In this document: positions 38,604 through 49,241 of the stretch, one piece after another
Layout: every line of letters starts with the position of its first letter
Numbering within the stretch: the stretch's first letter is position 1
Assembly (NCBI GenBank): GCA_963730935.1
Contig: CAVSTP010000004.1
Location: forward strand, 704,001 to 768,000
Direction: 5' to 3'
Length of the DNA: 64,000 nt
Source: an uncultured Nitrospiraceae bacterium
GTDB lineage: Bacteria; Nitrospirota; Nitrospiria; Nitrospirales; Nitrospiraceae
Position numbers and translations under genes: made by a program
Notes under the pieces: model-generated
The model's input: the letters and a program-made list of their open reading frames with translations, nothing else
What the model was told of the DNA's origin: nothing
Databases searched by the model: none

Positions 38604-38632
38604 ATCCTACGATGGCACTAACGCCAAGTCAA
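38604..38632 (-). promoter_or_regulatory. Original tRNA-Gly sigma70 promoter
   Basis: TTGACT-N17-TAGGAT between the tyrS stop and the 5' tRNA fragment. Confidence 0.7.
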
Positions 38633-38645
38633 GGAAGCCCTTCGC

Positions 38646-39881
38646 TCATCTGGACTCGGCCTTCCATTCAACAAGGGCAAACTTCTTTCTTCCAATCTTC
38701 AATCGGCGCTGTTGATTGAGTCTAAAGCGAATGAGCTTGTTCGGGTCCGGTTCTTTCTCGCCGTCAATCTCGATCCCTCCTTGAATGATCAACCGCCTGG
38801 CCTCGCTCTTACTGGCGACCAGATTCGTCTTCATCACCAAATCGGGAAGCTTGATATCGCCTTCGTCACCCCCGTCAAGCCCGGTCATATCCGTCGTCTG
38901 AAGCTGCACGACCGTATCCGGGACATCGGGGAACTCCCGGTCTTGGAACTTTTGCTGAAACCCTGCAAGGGCATTTCGGGCCGCCTCTTGCCCGTGATAC
39001 CGCTCGACAAGTAGACCCGCCAGTTGCTGTTTGGCTTCCATGGGATGCGCCGTCTTGACCCGAGCCAGATCCTCGGTCGTCAGGAGCTCATAGTAACGGA
39101 GCATCAAATCGTCGCTGATGGACATAATCTTGCCGAACATGTCTCCCGGCACATCTTCGAGTGCCACATAGTTGCCGATGCTCTTGCTCATTTTCTTCAC
39201 GCCATCCGTGCCCTCGAGCAATGGCATCGTGACGACGACTTGTGGTTCCTGTCCGTAATCTCTCTGCAGTTCTCGCCCCACCAGGAGGTTGAATTTTTGG
39301 TCGGTGCCACCCAATTCGACATCGGACTTCAACGCCACGGAATCATATCCCTGCACGAGCGGATACAGGAATTCATGAATGCTGATCGGCTTTTGCTCTT
39401 GGAAGCGCTTGTGAAAATCATCCCGCTCCATCATGCGCGCGACCCGATAGTGCGCGGCCAGCTCGATGAGGTCCCCCGCTGTCATGGGTCCCATCCATCG
39501 ACTGTTGAATTCAATCAGGGTCTTTTCCTGATCGAGAATCTTGAAGATCTGCCGCTGATAGGTCTTGGCATTGTCTTGCACTTGCGCCTTGGTGAGGACC
39601 TTTCTGGTTTCGGACACTCCGGTGGGGTCGCCGATCAAGCCCGTAAAATCGCCGATCAGGAAAATGACCTGGTGGCCAAGATCCTGGAAATGCTTGAGCT
39701 TATGGATGAGCACCGTATGGCCGAGATGCAGATCAGGCGCCGTCGGATCGAAGCCGGCCTTAATGCGTAGCGGCCGGCGTTCCTTGAGCGAGCGCACCAA
39801 CTTGGATTCCAGCTCCGCCTCTTGAATGACCTCGACCGCACCTCGAAGGATCAGATCGAGCTGACGCGACAGTTCGCTCAT
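38646..39881 (-). CDS. tyrS: Tyrosine--tRNA ligase
   Basis: [26 protein letters not shown] and C-terminal S4 domain. Confidence 0.98.
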   Translation of the reverse strand: MSELSRQLDLILRGAVEVIQEAELESKLVRSLKERRPLRIKAGFDPTAPDLHLGHTVLIHKLKHFQDLGHQVIFLIGDFTGLIGDPTGVSETRKVLTKAQVQDNAKTYQRQIFKILDQEKTLIEFNSRWMGPMTAGDLIELAAHYRVARMMERDDFHKRFQEQKPISIHEFLYPLVQGYDSVALKSDVELGGTDQKFNLLVGRELQRDYGQEPQVVVTMPLLEGTDGVKKMSKSIGNYVALEDVPGDMFGKIMSISDDLMLRYYELLTTEDLARVKTAHPMEAKQQLAGLLVERYHGQEAARNALAGFQQKFQDREFPDVPDTVVQLQTTDMTGLDGGDEGDIKLPDLVMKTNLVASKSEARRLIIQGGIEIDGEKEPDPNKLIRFRLNQQRRLKIGRKKFALVEWKAESR

Positions 39882-40339
39882 GCGGTCTTCCTCGCAGATC
39901 TTGTGATCCCCGCCGGCAGAACGGCAACGAAGGCGCGTATCCGTTCGAACGTCTTTTTTCCAATGCCCTTTACACGACGCAGCTGTTCGATGTCTTGGAA
40001 TGCTCCTCGCGACTCCCGATACTCGACAATGCGGCGGGCCAACACGGGACCGATGCCGGGCAGCCGTTCGAGATCCCCTTCAGTCGCCCGATTCACATCC
40101 AGTGTGAGCGGGGCAGAGGGTCGCGAAAACGCTCGCACATGCCGCTGAGAAGGCGGCGTCGACGGCACTTCCGGCGTGGCTGGCGGAAGCGGCAGGAGAG
40201 GAGATCGATCGGCCTCTACGGGTCCTTCAGCATGCAGTATCTCAGCATCGCGCGAGGCTGGGATCGTCCACCCGATCCAGCAGACAATGCCCATGGTCAG
40301 GGCCACCATGGCCAGCTTGGCGAGCAACGAGAAGAGCAT
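39878..40339 (-). CDS. comEA: ComEA-family helix-hairpin-helix DNA-binding protein
   Basis: LDVNRAT...[17 protein letters not shown]...VKGIG. Confidence 0.88.
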   Translation of the reverse strand: MLFSLLAKLAMVALTMGIVCWIGWTIPASRDAEILHAEGPVEADRSPLLPLPPATPEVPSTPPSQRHVRAFSRPSAPLTLDVNRATEGDLERLPGIGPVLARRIVEYRESRGAFQDIEQLRRVKGIGKKTFERIRAFVAVLPAGITRSARKTA

Positions 40340-41769
40340 CAGCCGACCTGCTTCTTTACGTGATGAATGGCTTTGTCCTCTGCATCTTCCGCCGCCTCCA
40401 TCAATCCTTCGGCAAGCGTCGGATGCGCATGAATCATCTCGGCGACCTGCGAGACGGTAGCCCCCACTTGCATGGCCAGAGCGGCTTCATGAATCAGATC
40501 TGCGGCATGCGCGCCGACGATGTGGACACCGAGAATCTTGCCGCTGTGGGCGTCTGCAATCACCTTACAGAAGCCGGCGGTGTCCCCTGCCGCCTGAGCC
40601 TTCCCCAACGCCGCGTATCGAAAGCGGCCGATCTTGAGCCCGCCGTTCGGCGCGCCGCCGTTCGTCTCCGTTCGTTCCCGTGCTTGCGCCTCAGTCAGTC
40701 CGACCCGACCGATTTCAGGGAGCGTAAAAATCCCCGCAGGAACCACGTCGTACTGCATGGAGGTCCGGTGGCCCAGGATGTGTTCCACGGCCACCTTGCC
40801 TTGGGCCGACGCCACATGGGCCAACATCGCCTTTCCCGTCACGTCTCCGATCGCATAGATGCCCGACACCGACGTTTCCATCTGTGCATTGACGAGAATC
40901 TCTCCTCGCCGGCCGGTTTGCACACCTACGGCTTCCAATCCGATTCCCCGGCTGTTGAGTCCACGGCCAACCGAGACCAAGAGCACTTCGGCTTCCACGG
41001 TCGCGCCGTCTTTGAGATGCGCCGCGACGGTGTGCTCCTGGCGGTCGAGCCGTTCCACCGTCGTTCCCGTGATAACGGTGACATTCCGTTTTTTCAGCTC
41101 CCGCGACATCGTGGAGGACACGTCTTCGTCTTCGAGCGGAAGGATTCGATCCATCAGTTCGACGATCGTCACGTCCGTGCCGAGTCCGCTGTACAGGGCG
41201 GCAAATTCACAGCCTTCCACACCGCCCCCGATGATCAGGAGTCGCCTGGGAATCGCGGTGAGGTCCAACAGCTGCTGACTCGTCAGGATCTGCCGCCCGT
41301 CAATAGGAAACTGGGAAAGATCAGGCCAGGATGACCCGGTGGCGATGATGATGGCATCGGCGCTTATCGACCGCTCGGCGCCGTCTTTCAGCACGACTCG
41401 TAGCCCGTGCCGGTCTTGGAGTAGGCCACGGCCTTCCACGTACTCAATATTCCAGGCTTTGAAGAGGGTGGCGATGCCTTTGACGAGGCCGGTTACGACC
41501 TGGTTTTTTCTGACCACCATCTGCGAGAGATCATAGGTCACAGGTCCGTTCACATGTAGCCCCATCGCCGCAGCCTTCTTGACCTTGTCACCGAGTTCCA
41601 CGACGGCCAGAAGCGCTTTGCTCGGAATGCAACCCCAATTGAGGCACACGCCGCCTAGGGCTTGCGCTTCAACGACACTCACACGCGCCCCAAGTTGGGC
41701 GGCTCTGATGGCGGCGACGTACCCGCCCGGCCCGGCACCGAGAATGGCGATATGAGGTTGAACTGGCAT
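40339..41769 (-). CDS. lpdA: Dihydrolipoamide dehydrogenase
   Basis: GAGPGGYVAA, GGVCLNWGCIPSK, HAHPTLAE. Confidence 0.96.
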   Translation of the reverse strand: MPVQPHIAILGAGPGGYVAAIRAAQLGARVSVVEAQALGGVCLNWGCIPSKALLAVVELGDKVKKAAAMGLHVNGPVTYDLSQMVVRKNQVVTGLVKGIATLFKAWNIEYVEGRGLLQDRHGLRVVLKDGAERSISADAIIIATGSSWPDLSQFPIDGRQILTSQQLLDLTAIPRRLLIIGGGVEGCEFAALYSGLGTDVTIVELMDRILPLEDEDVSSTMSRELKKRNVTVITGTTVERLDRQEHTVAAHLKDGATVEAEVLLVSVGRGLNSRGIGLEAVGVQTGRRGEILVNAQMETSVSGIYAIGDVTGKAMLAHVASAQGKVAVEHILGHRTSMQYDVVPAGIFTLPEIGRVGLTEAQARERTETNGGAPNGGLKIGRFRYAALGKAQAAGDTAGFCKVIADAHSGKILGVHIVGAHAADLIHEAALAMQVGATVSQVAEMIHAHPTLAEGLMEAAEDAEDKAIHHVKKQVG

Positions 41770-41840
41770 ACCAGGATTGTCGGCGGAGGTCGGAGTTCAG
41801 AGAGACAGGGTCTGCTCCGGCGCTCGTCCGGAGCGGTGAC

Positions 41841-42227
41841 TCAGCCTTTCTGGTTGGCAAGAAACGCGTCGTATTGTGTCGCCGTCATCAGTGTGTCGAC
41901 TTCGCCGGCATTCGAAAGCTCAATGACCACCATCCAGCCCCGGCCGTAAGGCTCGCTGTTGACGACCTCCGGATGGTCTTTCAGTTCCCCATTGACCTGG
42001 ACGATGTTGCCGCTGACGGGCGTGTATAACGTGGAGGTGGTCTTCGTCGATTCGATTTCCCCGATTTGCTGTCCGGCCTTGACGGTGGCGCCAACCTTCG
42101 GCAGATCGATGAACACGATGTCGCCCAGCGCGTCCTGTGCGAAGTCGCTGATGCCCACTGTGGCCTGATTGCCCTTCAGTCGTACCCATTCGTGCTCGTT
42201 GTGATACCGCAGATCTGCTGGAATCAT
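41841..42227 (-). CDS. gcvH: Glycine cleavage system H protein
   Basis: HEWV, VGISDFAQDALGDIVF, IESTKT (lipoyl Lys), NSEPYGRGW. Confidence 0.95.
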   Translation of the reverse strand: MIPADLRYHNEHEWVRLKGNQATVGISDFAQDALGDIVFIDLPKVGATVKAGQQIGEIESTKTTSTLYTPVSGNIVQVNGELKDHPEVVNSEPYGRGWMVVIELSNAGEVDTLMTATQYDAFLANQKG

Positions 42228-42244
42228 GCCGGATGTTCCTTCGC

Positions 42245-42670
42245 TCATCGCCCGTCGTGAATCTCCATGCCGGGAAAGAAAAAGCCGATTTCGAATTTCG
42301 CGGTTTCAGGCGAATCCGAACCATGTACTGCGTTGAACTCGATGTTCGTTCCGTGCGCCGCACGGATGGTGCCCTGTTCCGCCTTCGCAGGATCGGTGGC
42401 CCCCATGATCTCCCGGTTTTTCTTGATGGCATTGTCGCCTTGCAAGACCAGCACGACCGACGGCCCCGACGACATGAAGGTGCAGAGGCTGTCGAAGAAG
42501 GGCCGCGCCTTGTGCACGGCATAGAACCCTTCTGCCACGGGTTTGGCCATAACCACCAGCTTCATCGCCACCGGCTTCAATGCGGCCTTCTCATAGCGGG
42601 TGATGATGTCACCGATGGCCTGTTTTCGGACAGCATCCGGTTTGATGATCGCGAGCGTTCGTTCACTCAT
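42245..42670 (-). CDS. ndk: Nucleoside diphosphate kinase
   Basis: [26 protein letters not shown]. Confidence 0.98.
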   Translation of the reverse strand: MSERTLAIIKPDAVRKQAIGDIITRYEKAALKPVAMKLVVMAKPVAEGFYAVHKARPFFDSLCTFMSSGPSVVLVLQGDNAIKKNREIMGATDPAKAEQGTIRAAHGTNIEFNAVHGSDSPETAKFEIGFFFPGMEIHDGR

Positions 42671-42723
42671 TGCTTGAACTCTTCCTCAAATCTCAAGACA
42701 AATCGCGTGAAAAATATCGTCGC

Positions 42724-42752
42724 ATTATAGGGATGGACATCCGGACTTTCAA
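42724..42752 (-). promoter_or_regulatory. Sigma70 promoter of the ndk-gcvH operon
   Basis: TTGAAA-N17-TATAAT. Confidence 0.65.
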
Positions 42753-42765
42753 GGGAGCAGAGGAC

Positions 42766-43797
42766 TTAGGAGGCAAACCGCCGAGCGAGTTCCTGCGGCG
42801 TGAACACACCACGCTCGGTGATGATGCCGGAGACCAATTCCGCGGGTGTGACGTCGAAGGCCGGATTATAGACGCTCACTCCTGCCGGGGCGACAGGATG
42901 GCTGCCATGAATCGTCGTCACCTCCTGGGCATTGCGCTGTTCGATCGGAATGTCCGCTCCTGATTTCGTCCGAAGATCAATCGTCGAATACGGGGCGGCG
43001 ACGTAGAACGGGATACCGTGCGCCTTGGCGAGCACGGCCACTGAATATGTCCCGATCTTGTTCGCGACATCGCCATTGGCGGCGATGCGGTCGGCGCCCA
43101 CGATGCAGAGATGGATCTTGCCCTGGCGCATCAAGGATCCCGCCATGTTGTCAGTAATCAGCGTCACCGGGATCTTGTCCTGCATGAGTTCCCACGCCGT
43201 TAGCCGGGCCCCCTGCAACACCGGCCGAGTTTCGTCGGCGATCACTTGGATCTGCTTGCCCTGCTCCCATGCGGCGCGGATGACCCCGAGTGCCGTCCCG
43301 TATCCCGCCGTCGCCAATGCCCCCGCATTGCAGTGCGTCAGAATCGTCTGGCCTTGTTGAATGAGCTCTGCGCCATGACGGCCCATCGCTTTGCACAGGG
43401 CAATATCCTCCTCAAGGATAGCCTGCGACTCTTTCAACAACGCGGCCTTGATGGCAGCGACCGGCTCGCCTCGTACCGCTGAAAGTTTCTGCTTCATCCG
43501 CTCGATGGCCCAGAAGAGATTGACCGCCGTCGGTCTCGTGGCAGCCAAGCGGTCACAGATCGCCAGCAGTTGCTCGGCGAACGCCTCGTACTCCGCCGCG
43601 GAAATCGCTTGCGCACCCAGGGCAACGCCCATCGCAGCGGTCACTCCGATCGCCGGCGCCCCGCGCACTTTCAACTCACGAATCGCGACAACCACCGCCT
43701 CCACATCCTGGCAATCGAGAAACGCTACGGTCTCCGGGAGGCGGCTCTGATCGAGCAGGCGCACGGCGCCTTTATGCCATTGAATGGTCGGAACCAT
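42766..43797 (-). CDS. mtnA: Methylthioribose-1-phosphate isomerase
   Basis: [53 protein letters not shown]. Confidence 0.96.
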   Translation of the reverse strand: MVPTIQWHKGAVRLLDQSRLPETVAFLDCQDVEAVVVAIRELKVRGAPAIGVTAAMGVALGAQAISAAEYEAFAEQLLAICDRLAATRPTAVNLFWAIERMKQKLSAVRGEPVAAIKAALLKESQAILEEDIALCKAMGRHGAELIQQGQTILTHCNAGALATAGYGTALGVIRAAWEQGKQIQVIADETRPVLQGARLTAWELMQDKIPVTLITDNMAGSLMRQGKIHLCIVGADRIAANGDVANKIGTYSVAVLAKAHGIPFYVAAPYSTIDLRTKSGADIPIEQRNAQEVTTIHGSHPVAPAGVSVYNPAFDVTPAELVSGIITERGVFTPQELARRFAS

Positions 43798-43883
43798 GGT
43801 CGACACTTGTAGCGGGATTCATGTGGCCAGTGCAAGAGGAAGGGGCTGACGGGTCTGATCTGGATCGACGAAGAGGAAGGGAG

Positions 43884-44084
43884 TTAACGGCTGTTGGCTC
43901 TTTTGGCTGTCGAAACGAGGGTCAGCGGCTTCTGCTCCGGCATCTGCTGATCGATTTTTGCCAGTTCACGCTCCAACATGGCCCGGATAAAGCCGCTGGT
44001 CGTATAGCCCTGTTGCTTCAGGCCGTCCAGGCGAGTCTTCAAATCCATCGGCAGTTGGATCACGATACGTACAAGCTTGCCCAT
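43884..44084 (-). CDS. Small ribbon-helix-helix-like protein
   Basis: MGKLVRIVIQLP...TTSGFIRAMLEREL; GAGGAG RBS. Confidence 0.7.
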   Translation of the reverse strand: MGKLVRIVIQLPMDLKTRLDGLKQQGYTTSGFIRAMLERELAKIDQQMPEQKPLTLVSTAKRANSR

Positions 44085-44124
44085 GGCAGACTCCTCGGAA
44101 GAAGCTGGTCCGGCCGGTTGTGAT

Positions 44125-44140
44125 TGCACACGCTATGCCT
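44125..44140 (-). promoter_or_regulatory. Sigma54-type promoter of the small RHH gene
   Basis: AGGCATagcgtGTGCA, i.e. GG-N10-GC, about 40 nt upstream of ATG 44084. Confidence 0.55.
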
Positions 44141-44262
44141 TGCCAGCATGGAATTGGCACTGAATAGAATTGAGGACTTAGCCGGAGCACGTTGTGCCTC
44201 CGTAAGTCTTTTGCCTATTTTCGGCTGTACTTGCCCTCAATTGTACAACGGCGGTTTCCGCC

Positions 44263-46791
44263 CTATTCACGCCAGCGATCGATCAATCGCTCCCAATTGA
44301 GCCGCTCGCAGGCCCAGAGGCAGCCGGGGAACTGTACGCGCTGCGCCTGCTGTTCGCGTGTGTGGTGAAGCTGAAGACCCGGCGCCGAACACCGTCCTGT
44401 GACCCAAATTCCGCCGTCTCGGTCCGTGCGAAGCGTTGAAATCCCGCGCTCGGCATAGGCCTGCAACACCCCCGAGGTTGGGTGTCCATAGGCATTATGC
44501 CGTCCAACCGAGATGATTGCATATTGGGGATTCACTCGCTCCAGCCATTCACGCTGCAGGGAGCTCCCTGCGCCGTGATGTGGAACCTTCACGAGCTCCG
44601 CTCGCGCCGACTCCTCTTCTCGACTCATCCGTATCAACGCATCCTGTTCGACGTCGGCGGTAAACAGCACTCTGTGAGGCCCACAAGTAAGCGCCGTGAC
44701 GATCGACCGATTGTTAAGCGCATGACCTTCCTGTCTGCGGCCGCCCCGCTCCTGAGGAAATCCGGCCCCCTGCGGCGGATTCAACACCGCGAGCCGGCAT
44801 GGGCCGAGCGTGATGACGTCTTGCCGTTGCCGGGCAATGTGTTCGGTCAATCCCCGTTCCGTCAGCGCCTCCTGGAGGCGCTGATAAAAGGGCTCTTCCC
44901 GCACATCACCGGTGCCCCAGAATTGCCGCACGCTAAAATGCCGCAGGACGTACGCCAGGCCGCCGACGTGATCGAGTTGAGGATGCGTCGCAATGACATA
45001 ATCAATCGTCCGAATCCCGCGGTTCCAAAGATAGGGCGCGACGACGCCACGGCCCATGTCGAACCGCTCGTAACTGGGGCCACCGTCGATCAACACCACC
45101 TCACCACCAGGCAGCTCGAGCACCGCGCTATCGCCTTGTGAGACATCTAGGAAGGTAATGCGGAAACGGTCCCCATCTAGTAAGGATCTGGGCGACCACA
45201 TCCACCAGCCGAAGATCAAGACGAGGCCAGTTCCTGCAATCCATACCGTACGTCTTCGGTTGGATCCGAGCCACAGGGCTGCAAGGCAGGCATAGAACAT
45301 CAGGAGGCTGGGAAGCGCTGGCGCAGCGAGGTGCCACTCGCTGCCGGGCAATCGCGAAAGACCGCTGAGAATGGATACGAAGCGGTCCATCGACCACTGG
45401 ATTGCCGCTGCAAACGGTAATCCCCCTCCCTCCGTGCCACCATGGGAAAGAGCCGCGAGAAGTCCCATGGGCACCAGCACGCCGCCCATAAGGGGGACCG
45501 CAGCCAGATTCGTCACGAGTCCCAGCCACGACACCTGGTTGAAATAGAACGCCACTAGCGGAATCGTAGTCACGGTCACGAGAGCACTCATGGCAAGCGC
45601 GTCCATTCCCCACTGCCTTGCCCGCGAGAGTCCGGATGGCTTGATGTCCTCCTCCTCTTGGATCCCTGTCGATTGCGCCAGCCGCCAGCCAACGGCACAG
45701 ACGGACAAAAAGGAGAGCTGAAACGAGATGTCATAAATGACCTGCGGGTCGTGCAAGACGATCGCCATGGCTGCGGCCGCGAGCGCATGGAACATGCGCT
45801 GTTCACACCCAAGCCATTTTGCGAGAAGCGCGACAACTATCATCACGAGCGATCGGACGGTCGCCACTTCCGCTCCTGCGAGACAGGCATAGGCGGTTGC
45901 CGGGAAGAGGGTGGCAGCGGCGGCGAGTCTCGTGGGGGTGATCCGACGGGACATCCCCAGCAGCCACGAAGCCGGAAGCCACAAGAGACAGTGCTTGATC
46001 GCGGTGAACGAGAGCATTGCGACCAAACCCAGATGGCTGCCGGAAATCGACAACAGATGCACGGTGCCGGTGATCATGAATTGATCGCGTACGTCGGGAT
46101 CGAGGTAACCACGTTCTCCGATCACAATCCCGAGAAAAAGACCCAATGCAGGCTGCTCGAGACTTTGAAGCGCGGAGAGCCGTATGGCGTCCCGCCATCG
46201 GTCGAATTGATTCAACAATCGCCAGCGCAGACTGTCTCGACCCGATTCCAGTACCTCGACGGCTTCAATCCCGTTGACCGTCGCCACGGCATCAATGCCT
46301 TGCCGCTCCAGATAGGCCGCATAATTGAAGCCGCCCGGATTCAAGGAACCGGTGGGCACCCGCAATTTCGCTCGAGCCGCGATCCGATCTCCTTGGAACA
46401 GACGCCGCTCGGACGCACGCCAGGTCAAGCGGACAATGAGCGGGCGACCACCGTCAACCGCGTCGCACTGCACGACCACCGTCATACGGCCTGGCGAATA
46501 TTGGACGGGCGCAATCACGCGTCCGGCGCACGAGTGAAACGTTTCAGGCTCAGGTTCGTGGACTGCCGCCTTGAAAGGTCCTTCGACGGCCTGGAACCAA
46601 TACAGAATGCCGCACAGGAGACAACCGAATGAGGCCGTTGCCGTGATGGCAGCGATCCGCGCTTTGGCTTCAGACAAGCTGAGCCCAGCCGCAAAGACGC
46701 AGAGGAGGAGGAAGACGGATAGCGGGTAATAGGGAATGATCGAACCCAGCGCGAGACCGCAGATGAAGGCGAGCGTCAGGAAGGGCAGCAT
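44263..46791 (-). CDS. comEC: ComEC/Rec2 DNA uptake channel with metallo-beta-lactamase domain
   Basis: NPGGFNY, HLLSISGSHLG, SFQLSF, THPQLDHVGG, VPHHG. Confidence 0.95.
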   Translation of the reverse strand: MLPFLTLAFICGLALGSIIPYYPLSVFLLLCVFAAGLSLSEAKARIAAITATASFGCLLCGILYWFQAVEGPFKAAVHEPEPETFHSCAGRVIAPVQYSPGRMTVVVQCDAVDGGRPLIVRLTWRASERRLFQGDRIAARAKLRVPTGSLNPGGFNYAAYLERQGIDAVATVNGIEAVEVLESGRDSLRWRLLNQFDRWRDAIRLSALQSLEQPALGLFLGIVIGERGYLDPDVRDQFMITGTVHLLSISGSHLGLVAMLSFTAIKHCLLWLPASWLLGMSRRITPTRLAAAATLFPATAYACLAGAEVATVRSLVMIVVALLAKWLGCEQRMFHALAAAAMAIVLHDPQVIYDISFQLSFLSVCAVGWRLAQSTGIQEEEDIKPSGLSRARQWGMDALAMSALVTVTTIPLVAFYFNQVSWLGLVTNLAAVPLMGGVLVPMGLLAALSHGGTEGGGLPFAAAIQWSMDRFVSILSGLSRLPGSEWHLAAPALPSLLMFYACLAALWLGSNRRRTVWIAGTGLVLIFGWWMWSPRSLLDGDRFRITFLDVSQGDSAVLELPGGEVVLIDGGPSYERFDMGRGVVAPYLWNRGIRTIDYVIATHPQLDHVGGLAYVLRHFSVRQFWGTGDVREEPFYQRLQEALTERGLTEHIARQRQDVITLGPCRLAVLNPPQGAGFPQERGGRRQEGHALNNRSIVTALTCGPHRVLFTADVEQDALIRMSREEESARAELVKVPHHGAGSSLQREWLERVNPQYAIISVGRHNAYGHPTSGVLQAYAERGISTLRTDRDGGIWVTGRCSAPGLQLHHTREQQAQRVQFPGCLWACERLNWERLIDRWRE

Positions 46792-46838
46792 CGCTTCCGT
46801 TCAGCACCACTGATGGTCGAATGTGACTGTGCAGGAAA

Positions 46839-48188
46839 CTAACTGAGGTGGGCCGTGACGATTCGTGCCAACCGATCGGCCTCTTCGCGGATGAGACTGT
46901 CGCGTTCGCCTTCAATCATGATCCGGAGCAAGGGTTCGGTGCCGGAATAGCGGACGAGAACGCGGCCGCTCCCGTTGAAACGGCGCTCGCTTTCGGCAAT
47001 GGCCTGCTGCAGATCCGGGATGCTGTCCAGATTTGGCTTCTTCGAGACCTTCACGTTGAGCAACACCTGCGGCACCGCCGTCATGGCTTTCGCCAGTTCG
47101 GAGAGCGGTTGCTCCGTTCGTTTCATGAGCGAGAGTACTTGCAGCGCTGAAATCAATCCGTCGCCGGTCGTGTTGTGATCCAAGAAGATGAAGTGGCCGG
47201 ACTGCTCGCCGCCGAAGGTGTATCCTTCTGCGAGCATCCGCTCGAGTAAATAGCGGTCTCCGACGGCGGTCCGCACCAACGTGATGCCGGCACGGTTCAG
47301 CGCCAGTTCCAAGCCAAAGTTGCTCATCACCGTGCCGACAACCGTCTGTTTGGCGAGAAGGCCGTGACGATGCAGGTCCAATCCGAGCGCGGCCATGATG
47401 TGATCGCCGTTGATGACATCGCCTTGCTCACAGACGAAGATGGCGCGGTCGGCATCGCCGTCCAAGGCAATCCCGAGATGCGCATCGAATTCTTTCACGG
47501 CGCGCTGAAGCAGCGCGGGATGGACCGCACCGCAACCCGCGTTGATGTTCATGCCGTCCGGCTTGTTGCCGATGACGTCAACCTTGGCGCCCAATTCGCG
47601 CAGCACGGTCGGGGCCACCTTATACGCTGCACCGTTCGCACAATCGACCACAAGTTTGATGCCTTGAAAATCCAGATCCCTGGGTAGTGACCGCTTCACA
47701 AATTCGATGTAGCGCCCTTCAGCGTCGTCGATACGAAACGCCTTCCCAATCGCGTCGGCTGTCGGACGAAGATGCGCGATCTCATTCGAGACGATCAATT
47801 CTTCGATCCTCGCTTCGATTTCATCGGCCAGCTTGAGACCATCGTTCGAGAAAAATTTGATGCCGTTGTCCTGATACGGATTATGCGAAGCGGAAATCAT
47901 CACGCCGGCATCGGCCCGCAGGCTCCGCGCCAAGAAGGCGATCGCCGGCGTCGGCAGCGGACCGACGAGCAGTACGTCGACGCCCATGGAGCAGATGCCC
48001 GACATCAAGGCCGCTTCCAGCATATAGCCGGAGACCCGCGTATCCTTCCCGATGACGATCTGATGACGCCCGGCCCTGCGCATGAAAATATGCGCGGCCG
48101 CGCGTCCCAACTGCATCGCCGTTTCGCTGGTCATCGGCTCGAGATTCGCCGTGCCCCTCACGCCGTCGGTACCGAAGAGCTTACGCAT
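46839..48188 (-). CDS. glmM: Phosphoglucosamine mutase
   Basis: [36 protein letters not shown]. Confidence 0.97.
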   Translation of the reverse strand: MRKLFGTDGVRGTANLEPMTSETAMQLGRAAAHIFMRRAGRHQIVIGKDTRVSGYMLEAALMSGICSMGVDVLLVGPLPTPAIAFLARSLRADAGVMISASHNPYQDNGIKFFSNDGLKLADEIEARIEELIVSNEIAHLRPTADAIGKAFRIDDAEGRYIEFVKRSLPRDLDFQGIKLVVDCANGAAYKVAPTVLRELGAKVDVIGNKPDGMNINAGCGAVHPALLQRAVKEFDAHLGIALDGDADRAIFVCEQGDVINGDHIMAALGLDLHRHGLLAKQTVVGTVMSNFGLELALNRAGITLVRTAVGDRYLLERMLAEGYTFGGEQSGHFIFLDHNTTGDGLISALQVLSLMKRTEQPLSELAKAMTAVPQVLLNVKVSKKPNLDSIPDLQQAIAESERRFNGSGRVLVRYSGTEPLLRIMIEGERDSLIREEADRLARIVTAHLS

Positions 48189-49053
48189 GTTGTTCTCGCA
48201 CTCCAGCGGATGTTCGCCGCGCGATCGCGACGGTGATCTTGGCGACGTCTTTCATCGATCCGACATCGTGCACACGAAGAATGTTCGCGCCATGCTCGGC
48301 CGCCAGGGCGACGACGGCTGCGGTCCCCCACCCCCGCGCCTCCACGGATTGATCCGTGAGCTGTCCGATGAACCCTTTTCTCGATGGACCAACCAGCAGG
48401 GGGTACCCCAATTCCGTGAAGACACGGAGATTCGCGAGGAGATCCAGATTATGGTCGAGCGTTTTGCCGAATCCGATGCCAGGATCCACCACGATCCTGT
48501 CCTTCGCCACCCCGTGGTCGATTGCGAAGCGTGCCCGTTCAGCCAGAAACCGGGCGACCTCCCCGACCACGTCGACGTAGCGGGGCGCGTGCTGCATGGT
48601 TTCAGGAGTCCCTTGCATGTGCATCAACGCAAGACCGGCACCTGCTTGCGCCACGACATCGACCATGGCGCTGTCGCCGCGCAAGGCCGTGACGTCGTTG
48701 ACCATGACGGCGCCTGCGTCAATCGCGGCCCTGGCCACCTCCGCTTTAGACGTATCGACGGAAATGGGGACGGACACGGCCTTCGCCAATGCCGCGACGA
48801 CGGGCACAAGCCGACGGCGTTCTTCCTGCTCATCAACAGGGGAAGCACCAGGTCTGGTCGATTCGGCGCCGATATCCAACAGGTCGGCCCCTTCATCGAC
48901 CAGTCGCAACGCATGGGCAACCGCACGCTGAGGATCGCAAAACCGCCCCCCGTCAAAAAAGGAGTCCGGGGTCACGTTAACAATCCCCATCAACAAGGGG
49001 CGATCAAGAACAAGACGCTGTCCTTTGAGCTGGAACTCCATCGATGTGACCAT
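48181..49053 (-). CDS. folP: Dihydropteroate synthase
   Basis: [42 protein letters not shown]. Start uncertain (49041-49101). Confidence 0.96.
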   Translation of the reverse strand: MVTSMEFQLKGQRLVLDRPLLMGIVNVTPDSFFDGGRFCDPQRAVAHALRLVDEGADLLDIGAESTRPGASPVDEQEERRRLVPVVAALAKAVSVPISVDTSKAEVARAAIDAGAVMVNDVTALRGDSAMVDVVAQAGAGLALMHMQGTPETMQHAPRYVDVVGEVARFLAERARFAIDHGVAKDRIVVDPGIGFGKTLDHNLDLLANLRVFTELGYPLLVGPSRKGFIGQLTDQSVEARGWGTAAVVALAAEHGANILRVHDVGSMKDVAKITVAIARRTSAGVREQHA

Positions 49054-49241
49054 GTCTTCACAACACGGCAGCACTGTATCCCTGTGGGAATCAAGATACA
49101 ATCCTGTATCCCGTCTGACACGGGTGTCGTGACGCTATCTGCTTGAAATACCGCAAAAGAGACGGGAACCGCCTCTTCCGTTGATACGACGTACGATCCG
49201 CTGCAACTCCAGTGCCCTGAAGCCGCAGCGTTTCGCAGCCA

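Noticed and set aside
40339..42227. Novel role for gcvH-lpdA without gcvP/T
   Set aside because: The partners may simply lie elsewhere in the genome; nothing in the window supports more.
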